From contig CALLCY010000006.1 in assembly GCA_938000015.1 (NCBI GenBank), positions 1 through 59,418 on the forward strand: a stretch of DNA of 59,418 nucleotides, written 5' to 3'. This stretch comes from an uncultured Clostridia bacterium (GTDB lineage Bacteria; Bacillota; Clostridia; Oscillospirales; Butyricicoccaceae). Under the pieces are notes generated by a model, which was not told the origin of the DNA, did no database searches, and saw only the letters and a program-made list of their open reading frames with translations. Below, one piece after another: positions 1 to 9,669 of this stretch (its first letter is position 1; each line of letters starts with the position of its first letter). The translations under genes and the position numbers were made by a program.

Positions 1-2465
1 TCGGCGCCAGCCAGCACCGGAGCGTCGTTGATGCCGTCGCCTACAAACATCACCGCTCCCCGCTCTTTCCGCACCTGCTGGAGTTTACCCAGCTTCTCTT
101 CGGGAAGCAGACGGGCAAAGACCTGATCCACTCCGGTCTTTTCTGCCACGGCCTGGGCGCTTTCCGGCCCGTCGCCGGTGAGCATCACGGTGGCGATGCC
201 CTGGCTCTTGATCTTGCCGATGGCCGAAGGAGATTCCTCCTTCACGGTATCGGCGATGAGCAGGCTGCCCAGCATTTTTCCATCCAGGGCCACCAGCACC
301 TGGGTGCCTTCCTTGTGGGAAGGCAGATCGGACACCTGCACCCCATGGTTTTCCAGCAGCTTCCGGTTGCCGCAGAGAGCCAGGCCCTGGGAGGTCTGGG
401 CGGAAATACCCTGACCGGCCTGTTCGGTGACCTGCTGGGGCTTTTCCAGAGCAATGCCCTTTTCCTTGGCAGCGGCCAGGATGCTGACGCCGATGGGATG
501 GGTGGAGTTCTGTTCACAGATGGCAGCCACTTCCAGCACTTTCTGGGAATCCACACCTTCCAGGGAATCGACCTGCTGCAAAACAAAGTTGCCCTTGGTG
601 ATGGTACCGGTTTTGTCCATCACCACAGCCTTGACATTTTTCATGGCTTCCAGAGAGACGCCGCCTTTGAAGAGGATGCCCTTTTTGGAACCGGCACCGA
701 TGCCGGCAAAGAAGGCCAGGGGCACACTGAGCACCAGGGCACAGGGACAGCTGATGACCAGGAAGGTCAGGGCGGTATAGATCCAGTAGCCCCAGTCGCC
801 GGTGAAGAGAGAGGGCAGAATGGCGGTGGCCAGAGCCAATCCCACCACCACCGGGGTATAGACCCGGGCAAACCGGGTAATGAACCGGTCGATTTTGGGC
901 TTGCTGGCGGCGGCATTTTCCACCGAATCCAGGATACGGGTAACCATGGACTCTTCCAGCACTTTTTCCGCCCGCATTTCCAGCAGGCCGGAGGTATTGA
1001 CGCAGCCGGAGGTCACCGGGCTGCCTTCGGTCACCTTCACCGGCACCGGCTCACCGGTAACCGGGGAAGTATCAATGCGGCTTTCGCCCTTTGTGACAAC
1101 GCCATCCAAAGGAATCCGGTCGCCGGGGCGCACCAGCAGGATGTCTCCCACCTGGGCCTGGGAAGCAGGGATGGTTTCGGTTTTGCCTTCACCCAGCACC
1201 CGCTCCACCACTTCGGGGCGCAGGTCCACCGCCTCCATGATCTGGCTGCGGCTCTTTTCCACAGCGCGGTGCTCAAAGTATTCACCAGCCCGGTAGAACA
1301 GCATGACACCCACCGCTTCGGGGAAGTTGTCAATGCACAGCGCACCCAGGGTGGCAATGCTCATCAGGAAGTTTTCGTCAAACACATGGCCCCGGGTCAG
1401 GTTTTTCAAAGCGGTGAGCAGCACTTCGCCGCCCAGAATCACATAAGAAACCAGGAAAATGCCCCGCAGCCACAGGGAGTCTTCCGCCCCGCCCAGCACA
1501 TGGCCCAGCACTTCACCGGCCACAAACAGGCAGGCGCCCAGCAGGATAAAGAGAAGATCCCGCCGCTCTTCCTTTTTTTCGTCTTTCTTTTCCTTCTCGG
1601 TCTCCCGGCCATCTCCCCAAGGGGTGATGGTAGCGGTGCCCTCCACGCTGCGGGCGATCTCCACCATCCGGGACAAAAGGGCGTCCGGGTCTTTGGCAAT
1701 GACTCGCAGCTGTTTTGTGGCGAAAGTCAGTGTGGCCTCCTCCACTTCCTCCATCTGATTGATCTTCCCTTCGATCTTGGCGGCACAGTTGGCGCAGTCC
1801 AGACCGTCGATGCGGTAGGTCTTCCGGCGCATTCCCTGGGGAACACTCTCCCCCCGGGGGGTAATGGTGGCGGTGCCCTCCACACTGCGGGCAATCTCCA
1901 GCATCTGAGGCAAAAGGGCGTCCGGATCTTTGGCGGTGACCCGCAGCTGCTTCGTGGCAAAGGTCAGGGTGGCCTCTTCCACTTCCTCCAGCTGATTGAT
2001 CTTCCGCTCGATTTTGGCGGCGCAGTTGGCGCAGTCTAAGCCATCGATGATATACACCTTCCGGCTCATTCCGGCCGACGGTGTGTGATGATGGTGATGA
2101 TGCTCATGACCATGATCGTGGCCACAGCCGCAGCTTTCATGCTCGTGATGATGGCCGTGGTCGTGACCGCAACCGCAGTTTTCGTGATCGTGGCCGTGGT
2201 TGTGACCGCAGCCGCAACTTTCGTGCTCATGGTCATGGCTGTGACCGCAACCGCAGCTTTCGTGCTCGTGATCGTGGCCATGGTCGTGACCGCAGCCGCA
2301 GCTTTCATGCTCGTGATCATGGCTGTGGTCGTGGCCGCAGCCGCAACTTTCGTGCTCATGGTCATGGCTGTGACCGCAACCGCAGCCTTCGTGCTCGTGT
2401 TCATGGCTATGGTCGTGTCCGCAGCCGCAGCCTTCGTGCTCGTGATCATGCTCATGCGAATGCAT
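1..2465 (-). CDS. Heavy-metal translocating P1B-type ATPase (CadA/ZntA-like), 3' end outside window
   Basis: Hand translation from ATG at 2465 (RBS AAGGAG): His/Cys-rich N-terminus, two GLDCANC HMA domains, TGE, SCPC, DKTGT phosphorylation motif, TGD and GDGINDAP near the window start. Missing from the ORF track because it runs off the edge. Confidence 0.93.
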   Translation of the reverse strand, partial: MHSHEHDHEHEGCGCGHDHSHEHEHEGCGCGHSHDHEHESCGCGHDHSHDHEHESCGCGHDHGHDHEHESCGCGHSHDHEHESCGCGHNHGHDHENCGCGHDHGHHHEHESCGCGHDHGHEHHHHHHTPSAGMSRKVYIIDGLDCANCAAKIERKINQLEEVEEATLTFATKQLRVTAKDPDALLPQMLEIARSVEGTATITPRGESVPQGMRRKTYRIDGLDCANCAAKIEGKINQMEEVEEATLTFATKQLRVIAKDPDALLSRMVEIARSVEGTATITPWGDGRETEKEKKDEKKEERRDLLFILLGACLFVAGEVLGHVLGGAEDSLWLRGIFLVSYVILGGEVLLTALKNLTRGHVFDENFLMSIATLGALCIDNFPEAVGVMLFYRAGEYFEHRAVEKSRSQIMEAVDLRPEVVERVLGEGKTETIPASQAQVGDILLVRPGDRIPLDGVVTKGESRIDTSPVTGEPVPVKVTEGSPVTSGCVNTSGLLEMRAEKVLEESMVTRILDSVENAAASKPKIDRFITRFARVYTPVVVGLALATAILPSLFTGDWGYWIYTALTFLVISCPCALVLSVPLAFFAGIGAGSKKGILFKGGVSLEAMKNVKAVVMDKTGTITKGNFVLQQVDSLEGVDSQKVLEVAAICEQNSTHPIGVSILAAAKEKGIALEKPQQVTEQAGQGISAQTSQGLALCGNRKLLENHGVQVSDLPSHKEGTQVLVALDGKMLGSLLIADTVKEESPSAIGKIKSQGIATVMLTGDGPESAQAVAEKTGVDQVFARLLPEEKLGKLQQVRKERGAVMFVGDGINDAPVLAGA
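2086..2465 (-). repeat. Coding tandem repeat, 8 x (His/Asp/Glu-rich + CGCG) metal-binding units
   Basis: Eight ccgca(g/a)ccgca-type units spaced about 39-45 bp; translates to e.g. HEHESCGCGHDH repeats ending in HHHHHH. Confidence 0.9.
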
Positions 2466-2515
2466 GGTGTTCTCCTTGGGGTTGGGCATTGTCCTCTCCT
2501 CCTTTGGCCGGCTCC

Positions 2516-2776
2516 TTACAGATATTTGTCCAGCACTTGATTGAACCGCTCCAGCACCTGGGTATCTCCCCGCTGGATGCCTTCCTTTACGCAGTTATTC
2601 AGATGATCCTTCAAAATGATCTTCCCCAGTTTCTCCAGGGAACCCTGAATGGCAGACAGCTGCAAAAGAATGTCTTCGCACTCTTTGTCCTCGGTAAGCA
2701 TCTGGCGCACCGCCCGCACATGGCCCTCGATGGCGGCCAGCCGGTTGTCCAGGGATTTATCATAATGTCTCGACAT
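2516..2776 (-). CDS. CsoR/RcnR-family metal-sensing transcriptional repressor
   Basis: RLAAIEGHVRAV..C.DILLQLSAIQGSL..HLNNCV pattern, 86 aa, directly upstream of the ATPase. Confidence 0.9.
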   Translation of the reverse strand: MSRHYDKSLDNRLAAIEGHVRAVRQMLTEDKECEDILLQLSAIQGSLEKLGKIILKDHLNNCVKEGIQRGDTQVLERFNQVLDKYL

Positions 2777-2796
2777 GGGATTTCTCCTTTCCTATC

Positions 2797-2945
2797 CCCC
2801 ACCCCCCTGGGAGGGGGCCTGACTGTATGGTAGCACGCCCACTCTTCTTTGTCAACCGTTTCTCCCCTGCAAATACTGGATTTTTTCTTTTCTTTTTTTG
2901 TTTTTCGCCATCACCTTATCAGCCACCCCCTGGGGGAGGGGGTAT
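2797..2945 (-). promoter_or_regulatory. Sigma-A promoter flanked by two CsoR-type C-tract/G-tract operator-like sites
   Basis: Minus strand TTGACA(2855-2850)-17 bp-TACCAT(2832-2827); operator-like CCCCCTCCCAGGGGGG (~2797-2819) and TACCCCCTCCCCCAGGGGG (~2923-2945). Confidence 0.7.
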
Positions 2946-2956
2946 GATGAAAAACA

Positions 2957-2992
2957 AAAAAAGTCCCGGGCAGAGACCCGGGACCTTTTTGT
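2957..2992. terminator. Intrinsic terminator after the CorC-family gene
   Basis: A-tract, GTCCCGGG-loop-CCCGGGAC stem, T-tract. Confidence 0.8.
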
Positions 2993-3005
2993 TCTTTTAT
3001 AAAAA

Positions 3006-4244
3006 TCAGTCGGCGTTGACTTCCACCTCAATGACCCGGCGCTCATCGGCCTTGGTCACCTTAGCGGTGAGCTTGTCATACTGGAACACTTCCCCTTCCT
3101 TGGGGATGCGGCCCAGCACGCCCAGCACCCAGCCGTTGACGGTGCTCACATCCAACTCCGGATCTTCTTCCATGCCGAACAGTTCCAGCATTTCCTCCAG
3201 ATCGGCGCTGCCTTCCACACGGTAACGGCGCTCGGCGATCTTCTCAAAATCCTCTTCTTCCACAGCGTCGTGTTCATCCCAGATGTCGCCTACCAGTTCT
3301 TCGATCACATCTTCCAGTGTGACGATACCGGCGGTGCCGCCGTATTCATCGGTGACCACGGCCATGTGGGCCTTGTTCTGCTGAAGCAGATGGAGCAACC
3401 GGGAGATCTTCATGGAGTCGGTGATAAAGAGCACCGAGCTGACCACTTCCTTCACAGGAGCTTTCCAATCTTTCCGGCCGTAGAAATCCTTCTGGTTGAT
3501 GACGCCCTGGATATTGTCGATGGTGTCCTCATAATAGGGCAGACGGGAGAACCCGGTGGAGCGGAACAGCTCCGCCACTTCCTCGGGAGTGTCTTTATCC
3601 GAAACAGCCACCACATCCACCCGGGGAGTGAGGATATCGGACACATCCAACTCATGGAACTCAATGGCCGAACGCAGCAGCTCGCCTTCCTGCTCGCCGA
3701 TACCGCCGTCATTCTGGGCTTCGTCCACAATGGTCAGCAGCTCTTCTTCGGTGATACCTTTGTCCTCCTGGGCTTTAAACACCATGGAAAGGAGTTTTTT
3801 CCACTGCATAAAGATCCAGTTCACCGGAGCAAGCACCCACAAAAGCAGGCGCATAATGGGAGCGGAGAACATGGCAAAACGCTCAGGGGATTCCTTGGCC
3901 AGGCTCTTGGGGGAGATTTCACCGAAGATCAGCACCAGGACGGTCATCACCACAGTGGAAAGGGTGACGCCGGCATTGCCGAAATACTTGGTGAAGATGA
4001 CGGTGGCCAGAGAAGCCGAAGAAATGTTGACGATGTTGTTGCCGATGAGAATGGTGGAAAGGAGCTTATCGTAGTTCTCCGAAAGGTTCAGAGCCAGCTG
4101 AGCCTTTTTGCTTCCCGCCTGGGCCATGTTCTTCAGCCGGATGCGGTTGAAGGATGTGAAGGCCGTTTCAGTGGCGGAAAAATAGGCCGACATGGCGATC
4201 AGAACCACCAGAACCCCGATAAGCAGCATACTGTGACTGTCCAT
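3006..4244 (-). CDS. HlyC/CorC (CNNM, CBS-pair) family transporter
   Basis: SAYFSATETAF, GNNIVNI, FGEISPKS, CBS pair with VVTDEYGG, C-terminal CorC domain. Confidence 0.92.
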   Translation of the reverse strand: MDSHSMLLIGVLVVLIAMSAYFSATETAFTSFNRIRLKNMAQAGSKKAQLALNLSENYDKLLSTILIGNNIVNISSASLATVIFTKYFGNAGVTLSTVVMTVLVLIFGEISPKSLAKESPERFAMFSAPIMRLLLWVLAPVNWIFMQWKKLLSMVFKAQEDKGITEEELLTIVDEAQNDGGIGEQEGELLRSAIEFHELDVSDILTPRVDVVAVSDKDTPEEVAELFRSTGFSRLPYYEDTIDNIQGVINQKDFYGRKDWKAPVKEVVSSVLFITDSMKISRLLHLLQQNKAHMAVVTDEYGGTAGIVTLEDVIEELVGDIWDEHDAVEEEDFEKIAERRYRVEGSADLEEMLELFGMEEDPELDVSTVNGWVLGVLGRIPKEGEVFQYDKLTAKVTKADERRVIEVEVNAD

Positions 4245-4463
4245 GATTGAATGATCTTCCTCCTAAAAAATAAATGTGGGTATTCCGCAAAAAAGCGCCG
4301 TTCGGACAAAACCAAAAGCCGCAGCAAACACAGACCCCGCCATCAGGCGGCGCCAAAGCAAGCTGCGGCAAAATCCTTCTTTCGTTTTTGTCCCGGCTCG
4401 GTGCCGGTTAAAGGCGGCTCATCCAAGAGTCGTCGCTCCTTCGCTGTAAAATAAATTAGCTAT

Positions 4464-4492
4464 ATAATACCAAAATTCCCGCTCCATTGCAA
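4464..4492 (-). promoter_or_regulatory. Sigma-A promoter of the CorC-family gene
   Basis: Minus strand TTGCAA-17 bp-TATTAT, leaving a leader of about 210 nt. Confidence 0.65.
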
Positions 4493-4524
4493 GGGTTTTT
4501 TTGACTTTTGCCCACCCCTTTCAT

Positions 4525-4553
4525 TTGACAAGGCAGAGCGGTTTCTATATAAT
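4525..4553 (+). promoter_or_regulatory. Consensus sigma-A promoter of the hem operon
   Basis: TTGACA(4525-4530)-17 bp-TATAAT(4548-4553). Confidence 0.85.
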
Positions 4554-4597
4554 AAGGTACTGGACTGGGGCTGAATGTTCCCGGGCCGAAACAACCA

Positions 4598-4752
4598 AAC
4601 GCGGTGAAGGTCCCTTTGGGGCCAAGAGGGAAGCCGGGTGCAAATCCCGCGCAATCCCGTTGCTGTAAACGCCGAGCGCCCGCCCTGGCCACTGGTTTTC
4701 CGGGAAGGCGGCGGTGCGCCATGACGCAAAGCCAGAACACCTGCCTTCACCG
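4598..4752 (+). ncRNA. Cobalamin (B12) riboswitch
   Basis: Conserved elements AAGAGGGAAGCCGGGTGCAAATCC, CCCGTTGCTGTAA, GCCACTGG..GGGAAGG, and B12 box AAGCCAGAACACCTGCC; upstream of tetrapyrrole genes. Confidence 0.92.
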
Positions 4753-4814
4753 TCGCCCTTCATTTTTTGCGCGGATACGGAAAATGAGCGGTCTGATCTC
4801 CCTGGGGGAGGTCT

Positions 4815-4850
4815 GCTCCGGCCTGTTTTCCGCCGGGGCTTTTCTTTTGC
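4815..4850 (+). terminator. Riboswitch expression-platform terminator
   Basis: GCTCCGGC...GCCGGGGC stem followed by TTTTCTTTT between aptamer and hemA. Confidence 0.65.
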
Positions 4851-4885
4851 CTTTTATCCTCACACAAGACAGGAGATGTGTTTTT

Positions 4886-5884
4886 TTGAATATTTCCATG
4901 GCCGGCATCGACCATTCCATGGCCGGTATCGACATCCGCCAGCGGTTCTCCCTGGCCAAAAGCCGCCAGCAACAGATCCTCCAGGCCCTGTTCCACATGG
5001 AGATGGTGGAGGGGGCGGTGCTGCTTTCCACCTGCAACCGCACCGAGATCTACCTTTCCTGCCGGGAAGGCTTCTCCCCCGATCCCTTCGCCCTGTTCTG
5101 CCAGGCGGCCAATCTGCCTTTTGAAGACTGTCAGGGCCTTTACAAAGTGCGCCGGGGAGAAGAGTGCTTTGACCACCTGTGCCTTCTGGGCAGCGGCGCC
5201 CTCTCCCAGATCTGGGGAGAGGATCAGATCATCACCCAGGTGAAAAACGCCATCACCCTGGCCCGGGAAGAGCATTGCGCCGACTCCCTGCTGGAGGTGT
5301 TTTTCCGTACCGCTGTCACGGCCGCCAAAAAGATCAAAACCACCCTGCGCTTCACCCGTTCGGAAGCGTCGGTGGCCACCAAAACGCTGGAGATCCTGCA
5401 AAACGCTCCGGATGCTCCCCGCAATGTGCTGGTCATCGGCAACGGGGAGATCGGCCGCCTGGTGTGCTCCCGGCTGCTGGAACAGGGCTTTTCGGTGAGC
5501 ATGACCCTGCGCCAGTATAAGCATGGTCAGATCCAGGTGCCGGAAGGGGCGGAGAGTTTTGACTACGCCCTGCGCTACCAAGAAATGCCCCGCTTTGACG
5601 CTTTGGTCAGCGCCACCTCCAGCCCCCACTATACCGTGGACTGGGCGGAGTTCTCCCGCCTTGCCAAAGCCCCCCGGTATCTCATCGACCTGGCAGTGCC
5701 CCGGGACATCGATCCCGCCTGCGGCGAAAAGGCCGCCCTCTACGACATTGACACCCTGGGCCGGGAGGAATTCACCCGGGAACGGGCGGTACTGCTCCAG
5801 CAAGCCCAGGAGATCGTAGAAAAATACCGTCAGGATCTGCACAAATGGGAAAGCTATCGGGCCCAGCGGGTCTCCGGGTGCTGA
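4886..5884 (+). CDS. hemA: Glutamyl-tRNA reductase
   Basis: LLSTCNRTEIY, GEDQIITQVK, VIGNGEIG, IDLAVPRDID; start reassigned to TTG 4886 after AGGAG RBS. Confidence 0.92.
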   Translation: MNISMAGIDHSMAGIDIRQRFSLAKSRQQQILQALFHMEMVEGAVLLSTCNRTEIYLSCREGFSPDPFALFCQAANLPFEDCQGLYKVRRGEECFDHLCLLGSGALSQIWGEDQIITQVKNAITLAREEHCADSLLEVFFRTAVTAAKKIKTTLRFTRSEASVATKTLEILQNAPDAPRNVLVIGNGEIGRLVCSRLLEQGFSVSMTLRQYKHGQIQVPEGAESFDYALRYQEMPRFDALVSATSSPHYTVDWAEFSRLAKAPRYLIDLAVPRDIDPACGEKAALYDIDTLGREEFTRERAVLLQQAQEIVEKYRQDLHKWESYRAQRVSGC

Positions 5885-5886
5885 AC

Positions 5887-6345
5887 ATGGAGCAGAAAAA
5901 CCACTTTCCCCTTTTTTGTGATATCCAAGGAAAAAAAGCGGTGGTCATCGGCGGCGGCGCCATTGCTGCCCGCCGGTGCCGTACCCTCTCCCGCTTTGCT
6001 TTTTCCCTTCACATCATCGCCCCCACCCTCCACCCGGACATTCTGGAGCTGGAAAAGCAGGGGCTTGCCACCGTCTCCCGCCGCACCTTTGCCCCGGGAG
6101 ACGAAAAGGGGGCCTTCCTTCTGGTGGCCGCCACCGACGACCGGCAGGTCAACGCTTTGGCGGGACAGCTGGGAAAACAGGCCGGGGCCTTTGTCAGCGT
6201 GGCCGACCGGCGGGAGGAATGCACCTTTTATTTTCCCGCCCTCATTGAGGACGGGCCTATCACCATCGGCGTTGCCGGCGACGGCCGGGATCACGCCGCA
6301 GTCGCCCAGCGGGCTGGGCAGATCAGGAGGCTGTTGGAACAATGA
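5887..6345 (+). CDS. Precorrin-2 dehydrogenase / sirohydrochlorin ferrochelatase (SirC/Met8/CysG N-terminal-like)
   Basis: FPLF..AVVIGGGAIAARR, LVAATDDRQVN, VADR.E.CTFYFPA; ATG 5887. Confidence 0.85.
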   Translation: MEQKNHFPLFCDIQGKKAVVIGGGAIAARRCRTLSRFAFSLHIIAPTLHPDILELEKQGLATVSRRTFAPGDEKGAFLLVAATDDRQVNALAGQLGKQAGAFVSVADRREECTFYFPALIEDGPITIGVAGDGRDHAAVAQRAGQIRRLLEQ

Positions 6346-7220
6346 AAAAACTGCTCGTGGGAAGCCGGGAAAGCCGGCTGGCGGTGCTCCAGACCCGGAT
6401 CGTCACCGATCTCATCCAAAAGCACCACCCGGACTATCAGGTGGAGCTGGTTACCATGAAAACCACCGGGGACAAGATCCTGGACCGCACTCTGGACAAA
6501 ATCGGCGGCAAGGGCCTTTTTGTCCGTGAACTGGACCAGGCCCTTCTGGACAGGCGGGCGGACATCACCGTCCACAGCCTGAAGGATATGCCCATGGAAA
6601 CAGACCCCCGCCTTCCCATCCTGGCCTATTCCCGGCGGGAAGATCCCCGGGATGCTCTGGTGCTGCCCCAGGGACAAACAGAGCTGGATCTGACCAAGCC
6701 CATCGGCTGCGCCAGCGCCCGGCGGCGCATCCAGTTGGAAAAGCTCTTCCCCGGCTGCCGTGTGGAACCGGTACGGGGCAATGTGCTCACCCGCCTGGAA
6801 AAGCTGGACCGGGGGGATTACGGCGCTTTGGTGCTGGCCTCCGCCGGACTGCACCGCCTGGGGTTGGAAGGGCGGATCAGCCGCCTGTTTTCCCCGGAGG
6901 AAATGCTGCCCGCTGCCGGCCAGGGCATCCTGGCTGTCCAGGGCCGGGAGGATTTTGACCGTTCCCTGCTCCGGGAAGTGGAGGACAAAGATGCCACCGC
7001 TTGCGCTTTGTGCGAACGGGCCTTTGTCCGGTTTTTGGACGGGGGCTGCTCTTCCCCGGTGGCGGCCTACGCCCAGGTGGATGGGGAAACCCTCCGTCTG
7101 CGGGGCCTATATTGGGACGAGCAGGGCTGGGAGATCGATGAGATCCGGGGCTCTGTGACTGACGCAGAAGAACTGGGAACCACGCTAGCCCGGACAATGG
7201 CTGCAAGGAGGGGCAAATGA
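6342..7220 (+). CDS. hemC: Hydroxymethylbilane synthase
   Basis: GSRESRLA, KTTGDKILD, GKGLF, VHSLKDMP, RGNVLTRL, GGCSSP. Confidence 0.96.
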   Translation: MKKLLVGSRESRLAVLQTRIVTDLIQKHHPDYQVELVTMKTTGDKILDRTLDKIGGKGLFVRELDQALLDRRADITVHSLKDMPMETDPRLPILAYSRREDPRDALVLPQGQTELDLTKPIGCASARRRIQLEKLFPGCRVEPVRGNVLTRLEKLDRGDYGALVLASAGLHRLGLEGRISRLFSPEEMLPAAGQGILAVQGREDFDRSLLREVEDKDATACALCERAFVRFLDGGCSSPVAAYAQVDGETLRLRGLYWDEQGWEIDEIRGSVTDAEELGTTLARTMAARRGK

Positions 7221-8695
7221 CAAAAGGAAAAGTGACTTTGGTGGGCGCCGGACCGGGAGATCCTGGTCTGCTCACCTGCAAGGGACGGGAAGCTCTGGAA
7301 AAAGCCGATGTGGTGGTTTATGACCGTCTGGTGGGCGAAGGGGTCCTGAACCTCATTCCCCCGGAGTGCAAAAAGATCGATGTGGGCAAGCGATCGGGAG
7401 AGCATCCCGTGCCCCAGTGGCGGATCAACCAGATTCTGGCAGAAGAAGCCAAGAAGGGACAGGATGTAGTGCGGCTCAAAGGAGGCGACTGCTTCCTCTT
7501 CGGCCGTGGCGGCGAAGAGCTGGAAGAGCTGGTGAAAGAACAAGTGCCCTTCCAGGTCATCCCCGGCATCACCTCGGCCCTGGCCGCTCCGGCCTACGGC
7601 GGCATCCCGGTGACCCACCGGGACTTCTGCTCCTCCCTGCACATCATCACCGGCCACAAAAAGAAGGACGGCGAACTGACGCTGGATTATCCCGCCCTGG
7701 TACGGCTCCAGGGCACTCTGGTTTTCCTCATGTCGGTGTCCACCGCCCCTCAGATCGCCCAGGGCCTGCTGGATGCAGGCATGGAACAAGAGATGCCGGC
7801 GGCCATCATCGAAAAGGGCACCCGGCCGGATCAGCGCACCATCCTCACCACCCTTTCCCGCCTGGGACAGACGGTGCAGAAGGAACAGGTCACTTCCCCC
7901 GCCATTTTGCTGGTGGGCAAGGTGGCGTCCCTCTCTCCCCAGTTTGACTGGTTCGATGCCCTGCCTCTCAAGGGTAAGCGGATTCTGGTGACCCGGCCCC
8001 GGCAGGAGGGCTCCCGCCTGCAAAGCCGTCTGGAAGAGCTGGGGGCCCAGGCCGACCTACTCCCGGCGATCGCACGGGAAAAGCTGCCCTTCTCTCTGCC
8101 TGACCTAAAGGATTACACCGCCCTGCTCTTCACCAGCCCCCACGGCGTGGCCTGTTTCTTTGAGGGACTGTGGGAAGCGGGCCTGGACAGCCGGGCTCTT
8201 TTTGGCAAAAAACTGGCCGCCGTGGGCAGTCAGACCGCCCGGGCTTTGCAAAAGCATGGGCTGCGGGCCGATTTTGTACCCCGGGAATATAGCGGCAAAG
8301 CTTTGGGAGCGGAAATGAAAGCCGCATCCTTCCTCACATCGGAGGACCGGGCCCTCATCCCCCGGGCCAAGAAGGCCGGGCCCCATCTGGAAGAGACCCT
8401 GAAGGAGATGCTGGTTCCCTATACCATCCTGCCGGTGTATGAGACCCTGCTCCAGAAAAGTGAGGAGCGCATCGACCCCCGGGTCTATGACGCCCTGACC
8501 TTCACCAGCGCTAGCGCAGTGGAGGGCTTCCTGCTCAGCTGCCCCGGCGCCGATCTTTCCCATCTTCCCGCCCTGTGCATCGGGCCGGAAACCGGCAAAA
8601 AGGCGGCGGAAATGGGGATGGATGTCACTCTGTCCCCGGAAGCCACCATCGATTCCATGATAGATACATTGATAGGAGGTTTTTCCCATGATTGA
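7217..8695 (+). CDS. cobA: Uroporphyrinogen-III C-methyltransferase / uroporphyrinogen-III synthase fusion (CobA-HemD)
   Basis: LVGAGPGDPGLLT, VVRLKGGD, IPGITSA; C-terminal ILVTRP, FTSPHGV, FTSASAV. Confidence 0.93.
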   Translation: MTKGKVTLVGAGPGDPGLLTCKGREALEKADVVVYDRLVGEGVLNLIPPECKKIDVGKRSGEHPVPQWRINQILAEEAKKGQDVVRLKGGDCFLFGRGGEELEELVKEQVPFQVIPGITSALAAPAYGGIPVTHRDFCSSLHIITGHKKKDGELTLDYPALVRLQGTLVFLMSVSTAPQIAQGLLDAGMEQEMPAAIIEKGTRPDQRTILTTLSRLGQTVQKEQVTSPAILLVGKVASLSPQFDWFDALPLKGKRILVTRPRQEGSRLQSRLEELGAQADLLPAIAREKLPFSLPDLKDYTALLFTSPHGVACFFEGLWEAGLDSRALFGKKLAAVGSQTARALQKHGLRADFVPREYSGKALGAEMKAASFLTSEDRALIPRAKKAGPHLEETLKEMLVPYTILPVYETLLQKSEERIDPRVYDALTFTSASAVEGFLLSCPGADLSHLPALCIGPETGKKAAEMGMDVTLSPEATIDSMIDTLIGGFSHD

Positions 8696-9668
8696 TCGTT
8701 CCCGCCGTCTCCGCACCACTCCCCTGCTCCGGGGCATGGTGCGGGAGACCCGCATGAGTCCGCAGAGCCTGATTCTGCCTCTGTTTTTGCAGGAGGGGGA
8801 AAAGATCTGCTCCCCTATCCCCAGCCTGCCCGGCCACTTCCATTACAGCCCCGATGAAGTCTCCCGGGGCATCGAGGAAGCCCTGAGCCACGGAGTCAAC
8901 AAATTCCTGCTCTTTGGCCTGCCTGCCAGCAAAGACCCGGAAGGCAGCGGCGCTTATGCAGAGGACGGCATCGTTCAGCAGGGATTGCGGACCATCCGGC
9001 AGAAATACGGCAAGGAGGTCTATCTCATCACCGATGTGTGTATGTGCGAATACACCTCTCACGGCCATTGCGGCATCCTCTGTGGGGAAACGGTGGACAA
9101 CGACAAGACCCTCCCCTATCTCAGCCGCACCGCTCTGTCCCATGTGCAGGCGGGAGCCGATATGGTGGCCCCCTCTGACATGATGGACGGCCGGGTGGCC
9201 GCCATCCGTCAGGCCCTGGATGAAAACGGCTTTGAAAACACCCCCATTTTGTCCTATGCCGTCAAATACGCCTCCTCCTTCTATGGCCCCTTCCGGGATG
9301 CCGCCGGCAGCGCTCCCTCCTTCGGAGACCGGAAGAGCTATCAGATGGACTGCCACAATGTGCGGGAGGCTTTGAAGGAAGCCATGCAGGACACCCGGGA
9401 AGGGGCCGATCTGCTGATGGTCAAGCCCGCCCTTTCCTACCTGGATGTGATCCGGGCGGTAAAGGAAAACACCCATCTGCCTCTGGCGGCTTACAGCGTC
9501 AGCGGCGAATACGCCATGATCAAGGCGGCGGCCCAGGCCGGACTCATCGACGAATACGGCGTCATGTGCGAAAGCGCCGTCTCCATCTTCCGGGCCGGAG
9601 CGGATATTTTGATCACCTACTATGCCAACGAACTGGCAGATGCCATCATGAAAGGGGATATCGGCTGA
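8688..9668 (+). CDS. hemB: Porphobilinogen synthase (Zn-type)
   Basis: DVCMCEYTSHGHCG, APSDMMDGR, FYGPFRDA, MVKPA. Confidence 0.97.
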   Translation: MIDRSRRLRTTPLLRGMVRETRMSPQSLILPLFLQEGEKICSPIPSLPGHFHYSPDEVSRGIEEALSHGVNKFLLFGLPASKDPEGSGAYAEDGIVQQGLRTIRQKYGKEVYLITDVCMCEYTSHGHCGILCGETVDNDKTLPYLSRTALSHVQAGADMVAPSDMMDGRVAAIRQALDENGFENTPILSYAVKYASSFYGPFRDAAGSAPSFGDRKSYQMDCHNVREALKEAMQDTREGADLLMVKPALSYLDVIRAVKENTHLPLAAYSVSGEYAMIKAAAQAGLIDEYGVMCESAVSIFRAGADILITYYANELADAIMKGDIG

Positions 9669-9669
9669 T

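Noticed and set aside
315..2039. 574-aa + strand ORF and the Val/Ala-rich ORF 2085-2540
   Set aside because: Antisense shadows of the minus-strand P-type ATPase and its His-rich repeat.
4604..4885. N-terminal extension of hemA
   Set aside because: Runs through the riboswitch; RBS and homology begin at 4886.
4894..4933. Near-perfect 21-bp-period duplication at the hemA start (SMAGIDH-SMAGID)
   Set aside because: In frame and consistent with normal HemA N-terminal spacing, so there is no evidence for an insertion or a function.
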